Positions 1 to 13,998 of a stretch of 64,000 nucleotides of DNA are shown piece by piece. Every line of letters begins with the position of its first letter. Position 1 is the first letter of the stretch. The position numbers were made by a program, and so were the translations under genes. Source of the DNA: Trichoplax adhaerens (lineage: Eukaryota; Animalia; Placozoa); the NCBI RefSeq assembly GCF_000150275.1, contig NW_002060946.1, positions 2,127,454 through 2,191,453 of the forward strand. Direction: 5' to 3'. Under the pieces are notes generated by a model that worked only from the letters and a program-made list of their open reading frames with translations, was not told the origin of the DNA and did not search any database.

Positions 1-47
1 GTAAGAGTTTGAAAGATTAAACATGTACAATAAATGACATTTCATAC

Positions 48-3000
48 CTTAGGACACTATTTCCGAAATTTTTTAAATTTATTAGGGCGGCTTCGACAGA
101 ATTCCAGCATATATCATCATCACTGTAAAAGCATAATTACATAATTACACTCACTACTGTTTGATATGTAAATTTAATAAACATCAAGATATTCAGATCC
201 TTACATTTCCTCGTCCCTAGCTACATCCTTCTGACGTATCACAAGAAGGGATGTCGCACGTTCAGGTATTTGGTAAATTCCGTATATATAATCTTCTCCA
301 TTAATTTCAACAATTGACCTATAATAGAAATCTTCGTTATTATCAGGGTATTATCTTCGTTTACTGTCATAAGAACGTTATAAAATATATAATAAATTCT
401 TACTGTGATGCATTTAAACATCTATCTTCTCTACTAATGCTGTGAGGATATAAAACAAATAGAGATCGTTTGAGTACACAACAAGAAGCAATGGGCAGGG
501 TAAGGTGATAAATAACTAATATGTACTTAGATGTAACAGGAAATAAGAATGCTGGCTTAATAGAAATGGCCACGTCTTGCAGCTAAGTGGTGATTAAATA
601 TAAATATTACATTATCTAGGTTTTAGCGATAAAAAATATGAAAATAAAAGATGATGAATACACCAAAAACATTAGTCACCGTAGATGTAGCAACTATTTC
701 TCGGAAATTTTCTTGCAATTGATTGAATAGTTGAATCAAAGATTTTTCGGGGTAATGTTGATATACGAATGCACTATCTAGAGCTAAAAGTGAATTTTAT
801 TAGAAACTGAAGTCGACATGTTAAGGAAATCAAATTTAAACAAAATGAGAAAGCTTATAAGGAGAAGATTGAAGGAAAAGTTATCAAGTATTAACTCTTT
901 AATTCAGGAATTTCTTGCGCGAGTTTACTCCAGTATGTATTACTATTATCCTAGAGTATATGAAAGTAGAATACAGTTTTAGCAGCTATATATACATTGT
1001 GAGAAAATTTATAATACAACCAGCATACCTGAACTATTTCCAAATCTCTTTCCAGGAAATACTGCGATGCAAAAAGGGTAAGTTTGATAATGATGCAGTT
1101 AGTGCACGTATCAAAAAACATTTTAACTTCATAAAATAAGAATGTACCTGGCCAATTCGTTCCTTAACAAAGTGTTGCTGTACGTAACTTTCATTCTAAA
1201 AAAGGTAATTAAGTCAGTTATTCTCTTGACTAACGCCGATAATTAGACAATAAAAAAAGTATTCTAAACCTAACCTCTGGCAGTAGCTCTTGTAAAAATT
1301 CCATAAGTGAGGTGCGTTCTTCCTTGTTTAACTATTTCGTAAAATGCTGTTAAAAATGCATATCAAAATAAAATAATTATTTGAAAGCCTCAATATACCT
1401 GATTGTCAATCACTTCTAAGTCTTCGTTATATCTTGCGAGTACTTTAAAAGCGTAAATATGATGATTAAATTCTATTAATTAGCAATTATTTATTTATCA
1501 TACTCGATTTGAAATGTTATTTTCTGATTAGTGAATCCTGAACTTACCTATGGTTAACCACTTAAAAAAGGCATTGTATCTTCTTGACGAATTGTTAATA
1601 ACCCTATTAACATTGTCAATTATAGTGGAAAATAAGTTGTTCGCAATTAGACTTGATGAAGATATTTGTAATCGCTACAAAAAATTCTTTACAAATTTAC
1701 TCTATTAATTCCTGGCCTTTCAATATTAACGATCCAACATTGCAAACACACCCTAAATAAATATGATTTAAGTCGTATTAAGATTATCAATAGCGTGCAT
1801 GATTAATGTGTCAGCGTTGTCATAAGGTATCGAATATTACCATTCACAAAATTAACAACAGCGTTGGGAAACTGAGGCTGATTAAAGATTCCTTTTAGTT
1901 CCAACAAATGTAATAAAAGTGTAGGCCATACGCTAGATAAATTTATAAAATAGGCTAATTTAAAATATGAACTACGGAGATAAGTCTATGGATATGTATC
2001 CGTTCAAGAAAATTAGAATATGTGTTAATCTTACTTTAACACCAGCTTTACGGCAAGATCATAAATTTTAGTATGCGAATTTTCAATAGATTGTTTTAAT
2101 TTTCGATAATTCTAGAAGATTAAGAAATAAATTATTATTTATTACGCTTTATCAACCACAAAGGTTCAAGGGCAACAATACAGCAATATCTCACCCGTAA
2201 TGATAAATCTTTAGTTAGAAACGTTTCCATTTCAGCACTACGAACATAATATAGATGTTAGGACTGCATCTCAAAAGAATTTGATGAAATAAAATGACCT
2301 GGTAATTCCGCGGGTAAATAATAACAGGAACTGATCGTAGACTGTATCACCAGGACGAATACCTATAGTCTATTTAATTCAGGATAAAGATAACATCGAA
2401 TAGCAAAATTGATTAAAATTGCGGTGTAACTCGAATTGTGCTATAATGGCAGTCTGTTATAAATTATAGTCACTTTGGCCAATTCGTGAAGTCTTGAATC
2501 CATAGTTAATTTTATATCTTCCCAGTTCTCTTTCATGCTATTGCATAGATAATTTAGATACTGAAAAAAATGGATACTTAGAATATAGGCTATACATATA
2601 CAAATTGTATGTGGCTGTACTAGACAGTACTAAATTATTCGCGCTACTTACTTCCAATAAGGACAGTATCGAAACACATCTTCGAGCCACTTGAGTCAAT
2701 TGCCGCTTGTGCTTCGTTAGCATGGTTACATCGTACTAAGATTAAATTTCAATATTGATTAAGACCATAGTCATTGTATTACTGTGATTGTTTGAGAGTA
2801 TTACAGATATACTCATACCACAGCATTAACTATAACTTCATGGTTCTCCAAACTACCGGCATTATTCGGCGCAACTCCAAATATAATACTGAAGGTTGAA
2901 GTAGCATTCGAATAGCAGCAACTTATAATATTGAAAAGCTATAATAAGAATTAAATAGCAACGTTATGTAAATTAAGGAAAGTTATAACTTGCAGCTACT

Positions 3001-4920
3001 ACATCATGAAAAACATATTTATTACAACTAATGGTATCACCTTGACATTGGTAAATGCATCATGACATCGACAAATATCAATAGCGAAAATTAAATATAA
3101 TCCATATTGAAGAATATGTATCTTTCCATCCTGTAAAAGTGAATGACAAAGAATTTTACTTGAACTTTTACGTTTTGTTAAAATTTTATCTGAATGTTCT
3201 ATGCAATTGAAAGTAATAAGCAGTTAACTTTTTTAATAGTTGAACCGCAGTTGTTTACTGGAGTATCAGTTCTATCTGCGATTCTATCAATTTATTGAAC
3301 TGTTTCACACACTGCACACTTGCTGAAGCAACGATATTTCGGTACTTAAAGTTCTATATGTCATACATATATTACAGAATGGTCTTGCCATCAAAAATGA
3401 TATATTTCTCCCGTCTAACTAAAGTAATATGCAAAATATTTTGTTTAATAGCTCAGGCATATATTTGATAATGACTTTGTCTACGGATGAATAATTGCGA
3501 TATTAAGTAGCCGATCATTCTCATAATAATATAATGCAAGTATTAACAGCCACAATATTGATTTTACCTGGTAGCCAACAATTAAAAGAGTTGCCGAGCT
3601 ATTATTAAGTGTTTAAGAAATTGATCATGTCATTAATACACTTTTTGCAGTAAAAATAGTAAAAAATATAATTTAATTTTGTACGATAGATTCAACTGAC
3701 ATGTAGGAACTTGCAATATTAAGAATGGATGATGTTCGTTGCTTACCTTGTATTCAACCATTTATCTAAAATAACTTGATTCGTCGAATCGTTGAAAATG
3801 GAGGCACTACCACTGTAAAGATATTGACACAGTTGGATAGAATAGGACTGCTACTGTACTACATGATAATATCGTACGATAATTTGAAAGAGGCAAACCT
3901 TTCCAGTAATAGAGGTAGTTCAGGTGCATAAGTGGAAATTGGATCAATCAAAAACTGGCTTGAAGCAGGTCTACATCAAGAGCAAATTCAAATGAACGTT
4001 GGATGATACATAAAGAAATTTACATCTTACAGGATGCGTATGCGTCAACAGTACTAGACTGAGTAGTTTGTCATCTCAATTTTAAGTCTATACTGTGTGT
4101 CTTTAGTAATTATCACGAATCGTTACTCCTACACTACTCTTAGCGATTGATGACTCCCTTAAACCAGACCAATGACGCTTACGATGCTTGTACTTACGTC
4201 TCTTGGTATAGAACATCAATCCAATCCATCAAAATCACTGGAGCTAATCCTTTCCATTGTGACCAATTAATTAATATATTTCCTTTCTCTACATCATAGA
4301 ATCTGACGTGACCATCACTCCTACCTACAGCTAAGACTGGAGTAAAAAATGGATTATACTAGTTGAATGATGCATGTCATCGCTGTATTGACTGAGATTT
4401 TTTTAGCTCTATCATAAGCAACAGGTTTGCCCATTATCCTTGATATGATATGAAGTCAGCTTACACACTCATCAATATAAAGACAAGTAGAGAGTATCAT
4501 TAGAATTAAGCTTACCTCTACCATCAGGTTGCCATGCGAAACAATTAATTTTACATTGATTGCCTTCAGCAGCAATAGTCCATACTTTTTGCCATGATAG
4601 TCGATATAACCAGATCTTGACAAGATGGAGAGAATAGTCAACCATGGAAATCCATTACACATTTCAATACATTAAAATCTTAATATAAATGCTTGTCAAC
4701 TACTGTACTGTACACTACATAGCTATAGTTAGAGATTGAAAAATTCGACACCATAAGCCTATTTCTTCTCTATTGAATTTTCCCGCTATTCCTTCCCCCT
4801 TACCTCGCCTTCTTCCGTTGCCATAGCTATTAGATCCATCTTTGGCGACCAGCGAACATAACTGACATGACTTGGCAGTGATTTATCTTGCAGTTGTTTA
4901 AAACAAACGCTATCAGACAT
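48..4920 (-). CDS. ANAPC4: Anaphase-promoting complex subunit 4, multi-exon, 3' end beyond the left edge of the window
   Basis: Hand-spliced exons absent from the ORF track. Exon 4804-4920 reads MSDSVCFKQLQDKSLPSHVSYVRWSPKMDLIAMATEEGE|gtaag. Following exons read IWLYRLSWQKVWTIAAEGNQCKINCFAWQPDGR and VLAVGRSDGHVRFYDVEKG. These match the APC4 N-terminal WD40 signature (WSPKxDLIA...LxRL..W...AWxPDG..LA). Short GT-AG-bounded exons continue down to position 48 with no stop seen. Internal boundaries were not all resolved. Confidence 0.88.
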
Positions 4921-6911
4921 CGTGACTAAGGTTATAGGATTGACCTAGAGGAAGAACTACAATTTTGAAGTCTTACAGCAGATAAATGCTTTCCTTAGCC
5001 ATAAACCTAATTAAAAATGGACGTTTGCAAAGGAGCTCCGTAGGGACTGCCAGTGGGGCTAGTGTACAGTGCAGTACAGTAACGTCTGAATGGTACCGTA
5101 TAGCTACTAAGCTTGGTCTTGAACCTATATACTGTATACAGTACTACAGTACTGTATACTGCGCCTGTCTAGGGCGCTGGCTTGCAGCTATGATAATTAA
5201 TTAATCTGCTAGAGTAGCTGACTAAGGACTAGAATTGCCTAAGAAGGAAAATATAAGTGCTATTAAGAAGTAGCAGTACTTTGGAATCTCTGCAATAGCC
5301 GTAGTTTAATGTAGTGCATAGTATAGAATATTGCAACTGCCATGAAAAATCCCTTGCAAAATCATTTCGTTTCACTATAGGCAATACCCAATTTCGGAAA
5401 GGGCAACGCAGATAGTTTATATTATAATTAATTATTATATTTATGCAAACTTACATATAGGCAACAACAAATGATTCTACATCTATTTTGGCATGGACTA
5501 CTAAATATTCATTTAGTGGTAGTCCATAATTCTGGTCATTTATAGCAAAGGACTGTATGATTATACCTGAATTGATGCTATATTCAACCTGTTCCATGCT
5601 AATTCACATTATACATATTAGTGTTTCAGGATAAAAGTGAGCTTGCACAGTACTGTTGTCATGGACTACTTCCTGACAAGTTTACTAGTCTAACGCAAAG
5701 CACTTACTTTGAGTTGCTTCTACAGATTACTACCCTAATCTGTCGAAAGATCTAGCAAGAATATAGAACTGCTGCTATAACGCCTAAGAACTACCCTTGT
5801 AAAAGGCTCACAACTACTATAACACTGAAATAGAAAGTATTATTTAGGCAACATAGTGCCGTAACAACTGTATACGTATTACATTGCAAATTGTGCACAT
5901 CATATATTAATTCAACAATTTTCATTTTTTTAATTATGATACTATACAACGGGTATCAATACTTGTGTAGTTACTTTGGTATTGTAATCGTGGCTAATGT
6001 TCATAATTAATACGGCAGACACAAACGTACACGCTACGATTTATTATTCTTCTATAAATTCCAACTTTATTAGCTGTAGCAAGAACTATCTTTCATACAT
6101 ATGCGTATATTACTAGTGGCTAATATGCCTACTCAATCTCCCTAGATTTCAAATAAAAATGTATAAGAATGTTCTTGACCTAATGATATCAGGTAAGAAA
6201 ATTGCACGATCAATGTCGCAACCAATGCTGAAATATTTATGAGTCATAACATGCTTCTACTACTATAAGCAAGTATATACCGAGCAGTAAGCATTCGCAC
6301 GTGTGTCTATTACTAAGCAAGCTATCAATAAAAGAAAGATACTATAGCATTAGACTATACATGAGACAGATTATTCCTGAAACTACTCCAAGTATTTCTG
6401 AATAAATTCACCTAGAGCTGCATGTTATTCGAAATATTTGTGTTATATGGAGGACATTACATACTTTGCCTGCTACGCAGAACAGATCATCAACTAACAG
6501 GTATGATATCGGAGCCAAATTTGTAAATATGAATGTCAACAAAGCCGTATCTATTTATGATTCAACCTACATCTAATAAAGGTACCATTTAACCCTCCAA
6601 TGAATACTCTATACTCTAAATTATTCGATGTTCAGAAAAAATGTAGGTACGGCATATTTCTATTTTTGAATATTAAAGGGACTAAAGTTTATCGACGTAC
6701 AGTCTATGAATACCGTCTTAGTTAATAGATAACATTTAAAATCATATCGATGTAGAACTGAAACCAATTTCGAACTAAGAAATTGCTTCACCTAATAGTC
6801 TACATAAAATTAATTTCTGTATTGTATACTTAGCATTTAAAAATAGATCTGTTATTGTCAATTAATCTAACTATTACTATAACTATCCTAAGACAGTCAT
6901 CTATAGATTTA

Positions 6912-9900
6912 TTAAGTGGCCCATGGCAAATTTCGTTCTCTTCCATGTTTCATAATACTATCATAAGCCTCATCGCGATACAATATTCCAAATAGATGTG
7001 CCTACAGACATTAAAATTCATGGGTTAACACACCGAAAAGAACATTGGCATACGAATAAAGTATATTACATTTTATACTGTTTACTGTTACTATAAAATT
7101 GGAAATGGTATACAGTATAATCATACATATATTTAATACACGTGCCTGCACTGCGTCGTTAAATTCAACCTTTGAATATATTTTTAGTGAAGTTCCCGTT
7201 CCAGGTAAAAAGAAAAGTTGTTTTGCCTATCAAATGCACAATAGATATAGATATTTCTTGAGACTTATCGTTGCTAGTACAATGAGTATATTTTCTTACA
7301 AGTTAATGTTTTTTTCCACGATTATCAGATAACAGAAAGTAAGAATAAGCATACTGTCGTGTCCTCCAAGAATCACGAAATTTTACCTTTTTCACATTCG
7401 TAATACATGAAAGAGCAATTTTAAAGTGATCATTTTTTACATTGCGCATTCCCGATACGCTAACTCTTTGGTAGCAAATATAGCTAGAAATTAAAATAGA
7501 ACATTGACGTTACAATTAAAATAGTAATCAGTTGGTGAAAGTATACTCATCAATATTCAGTATATTATTAATCCAATAAATTTTTCATACGCGTACTTAT
7601 CAGTTAAATACAATCGACCGTTTTTATAACTCGGTATACTTCTTTCTTTGCTAACAAAGACACATCTCCATCCAGATTCCCAGCCTGTAGCGATAGAGTT
7701 ATATCAACAAAACAAATTATAGAACAATAGCGATGGATAGCTGATTGCAATTCTTATAAAGGACCTACCTTCTATTAATTTTTCACTAGCCGGGAGTGAA
7801 AATAGCGAATAGATAAGGGATATTTGATTTTCATCAGTAGAATTATGCTCGATGTTACCCTAGAGTAAGTAAAGTAAATATGGGATGAAAAAGGTTCCAT
7901 TTAACAACTGGCAGCAGCTAGGCGTGAGCACACATACCTGTTTTTTTCGCTCACGACGAGCAATTAGGGCAGCTCTATCTCTTTCCTCAATCTCAGCATT
8001 GGTGGGCAACGAATTCCATATTCGGAAAATTGTATCATATCGATGTCTCACCTAAAAAGGAAATAAAACATGCTATGTAATGATGACTATGGTCGCAGAA
8101 GTCTGATAGAAATTCATGTTGTCATTACTTTTGGAAAGTTGTGGTAGACAGGAGTTGTTATGAATAATTTCAGTCCAGCCACAACACCTATATTGTAAAC
8201 CAATAGCACGATATTATTTTACAGGAAAATATGCGTACTAGACTGATCAGATAGAACACATAAATCGGACCGATGATTAAGTAGAATGTATGAGACGAAA
8301 GGAGAATAGATCCAGCAAACATTAAGCAAAGCATCTTCAATAAGTATTTTGTCCCATCCGGTTCTTTCCACAGCATGAAACTATCAGTTTTAAGATAACT
8401 GTCATCATCTAGCTCTGACAAAATTGATATGTAAGGAAATATTTACATCTGTCAAACTATCTTACTTTGTAATTTTCTCCATTATATTTGCTGCAGATCC
8501 TAAGAAATTCTACAAGAGTACATAGTCGCATTTGAGAACAACGGAGGATTTATATCTTATTTTCATTACGTATAATAAAACTTTTATCACAAAAGATAAA
8601 CAAACCTGAACTTTCCTAGCGATCTGCAAAACAATCTGAAACTTATCCGAGAGCCCTCTTGTCACCGTCTTTTCCTACTCGTTTGTAAATCATAAAATAC
8701 ATAGATTGTCATCTTATTTGGTAGAATACCAAGACATTACAGCTAAAATCCTTTAGGTTTCGTCATACATCCGTCTTTGGACCGTTGTAAAATGGAAAGA
8801 AACGCAAACCAGTTTGAAAGTCACTTGATAAAGAAAATGTAAGCTAGCTTTAACAGTAGTATTCATAATGCTAAAGGTCAAGTCGAAGTAAAGTTTTATT
8901 GAAAAGTTAATGGACTCACGTACTTGTTGTGAAGATAATTTATTGTCAACTGCAGTATGAACAGGCCCAAAATAAATGTAAGTAATTGTCCATGCCAAAT
9001 GCAATACATATAAACCTGAAAAATAGCCAATTAAATATTTAACTCAAATAAGATATTACTAGGTTAAAAATTAGAAATGTAATGATTTCTAAGTCGACGT
9101 GGCTCTAACTGTTATGCAAATTGGATACTCAATTACAAAGAACAGAACAACGATGCGCTAGTATTTTACGACATCATTTGTAGCTATTAAGCATTGACGT
9201 AGAAATATTAATAAAAGGACATTTTGATCACAATGTAGTAGCTTTCTATAAATGTTATTTAACACAAATAAATAGAATATCTATAAAGCTCATAATTAAA
9301 AATAAATATAGCTACAGTGATGTGAATTATTTATGTAAATTCAATATAATAATCCTTACTAGAAATATCAATATCGACAATGGTGGATTTCGCCATAAGA
9401 CGATATCTTGAATAGAATGTATACAATTGGAAAAAGGACGATATGCTCGAGCTGAATAAGTCAACCATAAACAAGTAGTAACGTTACAAATTTAGATTTA
9501 AACCATTTATAATGCGTAAGATCACTATTTAAATGCAGCTTTTTGTTACAGTAAACTACACCGTATTCAAGGTAAATCATACGAAAGAATTCAACATTCT
9601 GCTGTTAACGAACTACTAACCGCATCGTCTCATATTTTCCTTTAACCTATATGAGCAAAAAATTGAGAAGGAGTTAACGTAATGATACAGTACACATTTT
9701 AAATTCAGTTGATATTAAACTTCTCTCAGAAAATTACCTTTTCACTGATAATTGTTGCCCATCGGGGTTGATTTCAGCTTCTTCTTCAACATCTTCCAAG
9801 AAGTCCGCAATAAAATCATAAAACTGAAAGCAACAGCAATATTTTATGCCATAAGTTATACTTTATTTCATGTATATATACATTACAACGTCTATTAATA

Positions 9901-12004
9901 ATATTATTCGCAACTTTGGGATAAGTATTATTTGCTGGAATATTGAAACGTAATGAGACATCATTAACTCATAGTGAATACAGTAAAACCCGATTGCGAC
10001 GCTATCCTGTTAATACTACTACAAAATGGAAAGAGTATAAAATTTAACTTACGAAATTTATTACTACTTCTCTTGCTTTTTCGAAAGGTGTAACCTGGCT
10101 TCCTGCTAGTTAAATACGAGAAGAGAAATAAGATGCCTTTCGTTCGCATTATTTGTTATGACTACTATATTGCGATAGAAACAAAAAGTATACAGTACAA
10201 CTTACCTGGTACTTCTAACGTTGCATCGGATCTGTTAAAGCTACTACTTGGGACTGAATGAATCTCTCTTTCATAACTGGTACCGTTCATATAATAATTT
10301 TACATGAAAGTGAATATATTCATGCGAGAAGGATAGAATAAAATTGACTGTCATTAATAGAATTAAACCATAGCCTATATAATTTAAGGATGAACTAATG
10401 CATTACACTGATGTATCACTATCACATTAAAACATTTATGGAAGTTACTGTATATGCATTTGTAATTCGAATAAGACACTATCGACACTATACTATTGGT
10501 AATCATTGATTTATGACAAGTAATTATTAATTACTAATATCATGGTAATTAATTGAAATATTTATAAAATAATTAGATGCCATCCGATTAGTAAAAAGTT
10601 GATAAATTATTGCTAAATTATTTGCTTAACAGGTATGAACTATTGAAGCATGATTTCTCTCTTTTACCCTATAGGCACTATAGGCCATTCATATTATAAC
10701 CTCTACCTGATAGCTTCTTTTTCATCTTTACTTTGTTTCATCAACCTTTCCAGTTCGGCATTTTTTGCCTGCAGAACTTGGAGTTGTTGATGTAGTGTTG
10801 AGGTATCGGTATTTTTAAAGCCTTCAAGTTGGCTAGCTGTAATCCATCATAAAAGTGGTCAGATTGCAATAATAATAATGTTATTTAGAAAGCTTTCATA
10901 ATGCTTATTTTAAATACTACAATTTGATACAATTCAGCATGCCATACTGCTAAATATTTTATCAAGAATCTACGATTTCATCATGCACTGTGAATACTTC
11001 ATTGAATAAGATATTTGTAGGCTAATATAGATAGGATATTTTTTGGGTACATTCTCATAATAGATAATAATATATTATCTATAAGGGAATCTTATAACGA
11101 TATAATTATATTATATCGGGCTTATGTCAGACATTGTTCTCATATCTATAATATAATCAGCGAAAGTAAACATCATAAAGTAATATTTTTCATCAAAAAC
11201 AACATAGAAGTTCACTCCATATATTATTATTGTACTACATGTAAGAAGCCCAAGTTTCCTGCATGCACTATAATACTATATAAGTATGCTATCAATATGC
11301 CGCTAGACAACCAATACGTACAAGTACAGGATGCTAAATATGTCCTATTTTCTGATTAATGTTAAAAGCAATAAGCAAGAATGGCAATGTATGATCTACA
11401 TTACTCGAAAGTAAAATGGAATAATATCGCGGAGAAATATCAGGAATATACTGCAATGTTTAGATCGTCAAGTTGAATGTCAAGACAGCCTTTAGAAATT
11501 TAATAAGTAATCGATTAACTTTTAATTTTAGCGCTACTGTACAATTTATATAAGCGATCTATCGATCGCATCTACAAAAAGTATTATTATCATACCTAGC
11601 GCTTGATTTTCAATCATTGCCGAAACCAACTGCTCCTGCAGCTGCAATAATTGACTTTCGTAAATATCTTTCTCTTGATCATCCCAGATCGTTTCAGTTT
11701 TCCCTGTGGAATGGCTATCTTCCGTTACATCGGCTATTCCTGCATTTCTATTAGCAGCGTGATGATGTTGCTGCTGGTCTTGATGGTTAGAATTGATGCT
11801 TTCATTATCGCTTTGATCTTCAAACTGTTCCATTTCTTCAGTTACAAAATCTGCTTGAAAATCATCGTCGTTACGGCTGCTATTGCTAGTATTACTGTTG
11901 CGCTTGTCGTGATGACTATCGCTTTGGTTGATAGGATCAATTAAAGTTTCGTGATCGTCTCCTTTCTTCTTTCTTCTACGTATTGCTTGTTTAACACTCA
12001 ACAT
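6912..12004 (-). CDS. GRAMD4: GRAM domain-containing protein 4-like (about 19 coding exons)
   Basis: ATG at 12004 (MLSVKQAIRRRKKK), followed by a coiled coil (YESQLLQLQEQLVSAMIEN). The exon chain splices in frame through LKENMRR, VYMYCIWHGQLL...LTINYL, KFQIVLQIARKVQNFLG...MEKI, FMLWKEP and RYDTIFRIWNSLPT. It ends in a GRAM domain: GWRCVFVSKERS...NGRLYLTDNYICY, FLPGTGTSL, LFGILYRDEAYDSI, stop TAA 6912-6914. Motif order matches GRAMD4 as I recall it. Confidence 0.88.
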
Positions 12005-13998
12005 TGGATATCGGTAGCTCTGCAAGTAGATTGATTATAATCCATTAAAAATATTAGAAAAGAATGGAAAGTTAATTAAACCGCACATAACTCTATAGTA
12101 CTCCACTCTACTCTACTCCACTGTCATGATTGGTGGTCGTCTTTCTAATTAGAATTAATTTTCAGCGAATTTAAACAATAAATTACTGTAGATAGCTATG
12201 ACTATGTTATCGATTACGACAGAATAGCTACTCAAGATATTACAGCTAGCAAGTAGACGAAATTAATAGCAAGAATCGATTAATTCCTGAATGAAATTCG
12301 ATGACTTTGTTGTCCTTGTTGGCCAAGAGAAATTTCTCTATTCCATCATGACGTCATGATGGCTGTACCATGCAGTCTGTTTAGATTGAGTTCTCAAATA
12401 ATTACACCCAAAGGATGGCAAACATGGTATGAAATTGGCTATCATCCACTTACCCTAAAGTTTTTCCAGTACTCTATAAATTGCTAAGTGCTCTGATCTG
12501 CTGTAACACTTAGAATATGGATCTGAATTATTTTTTTTCTATGCTGTCTTAGAAGAGATCGCCGCGGTAGTGCTATGGACTTGACTGTTATGGACTAATA
12601 GTAAGTACAGTAGAATCCTTTTTACCCAGTATGCGATCGAGTATAGTGGACAATACAGTAGACACTTCAAATAATGTTAGTATGAATACCAGCGACAAAA
12701 GGATAGCTTGTATGAACAGCCGATTCCGGCCTCCCCTAGACTAGGTCGTCTAGTAGACTGGCTGTATGATACAGTTATAAAGTGCTAATTTGCATACATT
12801 CGATTATACAGTGTACAGTATTGCACCTTTTTCTCCATACTAAAAATTGTCCAAATTGAAATTCCCATTTCTGACATTTTTCCAGCAGGTCGATTAAAAC
12901 TGCTGCAATCGAAACTCTTCCATTACTGTCGCAGTCTTGTTCATGGACTTCTAAAATCTCAGAAGATTCTGGGATTGTTAGAGGTCTATGAGATGCTATA
13001 GAGTATGATAATGACATTGATTGATATTCCAAGCTGGTAAAATCGAAATTGACTGCATTTACTGATGGAAAGTTTATTGCATAACGATTGAATTTCGTTT
13101 TACTACGAGCTATTAAAACCAATCCAAATTTCTTACATTATCTTACAATGATTGCATTTCTCTATAGCCTGATAAAATGAACAATTTCTTCCATTACACT
13201 AAAGAAGTCCAATTGTACGATAATTCTATTTCTCTTGGGGAAAAGCGAATAAAATGGAAACTTCTTGCATTACAGTAGGAAGGTCTACTATACGATAATT
13301 GCATCTCTCTCTACGAAAAAAGCTAGTAAAAGGAAATTTTTGCAGTACTGTACAATACTGTAAAAAAGTCTATTTTCTAACGATTGCAGTTAGCTAACGT
13401 CGGAATAAATGAATAGCATGCAATCAAATTTAAAGAGAATAAATTTTAGATATTAATGGGAATAGGGATCCCGTTACAACGGTACGTATACCCTCGAGCT
13501 AGATGTTAGCACAAAATATGGAAATCATATTATTTGAAGACATAGTAACACTGACTGCTTTCGCTTAGGGTGTCAAAAAAACACAGAATAAAATTTTATT
13601 CTACACTATCGACATAATCGCTATCGTTCTACAATCTATCATGCATACGATTATATAATGTAGCTAATATTCATCTAATAAGTGAGGAAAATGATTACAC
13701 AATTTGATAAAGAGATCGCTGCTAAGTCATATTCATTTAATACAATCAGTGCCATTATAAGATTACAAGAATAGAAACCAGAATCAAGTGCTGCAAATTC
13801 TAAGTCAAATTTATTGCTAAGCTATGAAATGGTTACTACCAGTACCATACGCCTATCAATGGACATCGCTATATCGCCCATAAGATTCTATAACGCTAAT
13901 ATAATCACTTATTTAAGTAAATCACTAAGCACAATAGCGCCAATAGACCAACAATACTACTAAATACTCGAATAGTCCAGGTCGAGTAAAATGAGTAT

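Noticed and set aside
11651-11944. Antisense or alternative-frame ORFs overlapping real exons (also 15652-15891, 21579-21822, 38509-38757, 39153-39356, 62860-63641)
   Set aside because: They are shadow ORFs of genuine coding sequence.
12775-13122. 115-aa minus-strand ORF between GRAMD4 and G6PD
   Set aside because: Non-ATG start, no recognisable motif, and no supporting splice chain.
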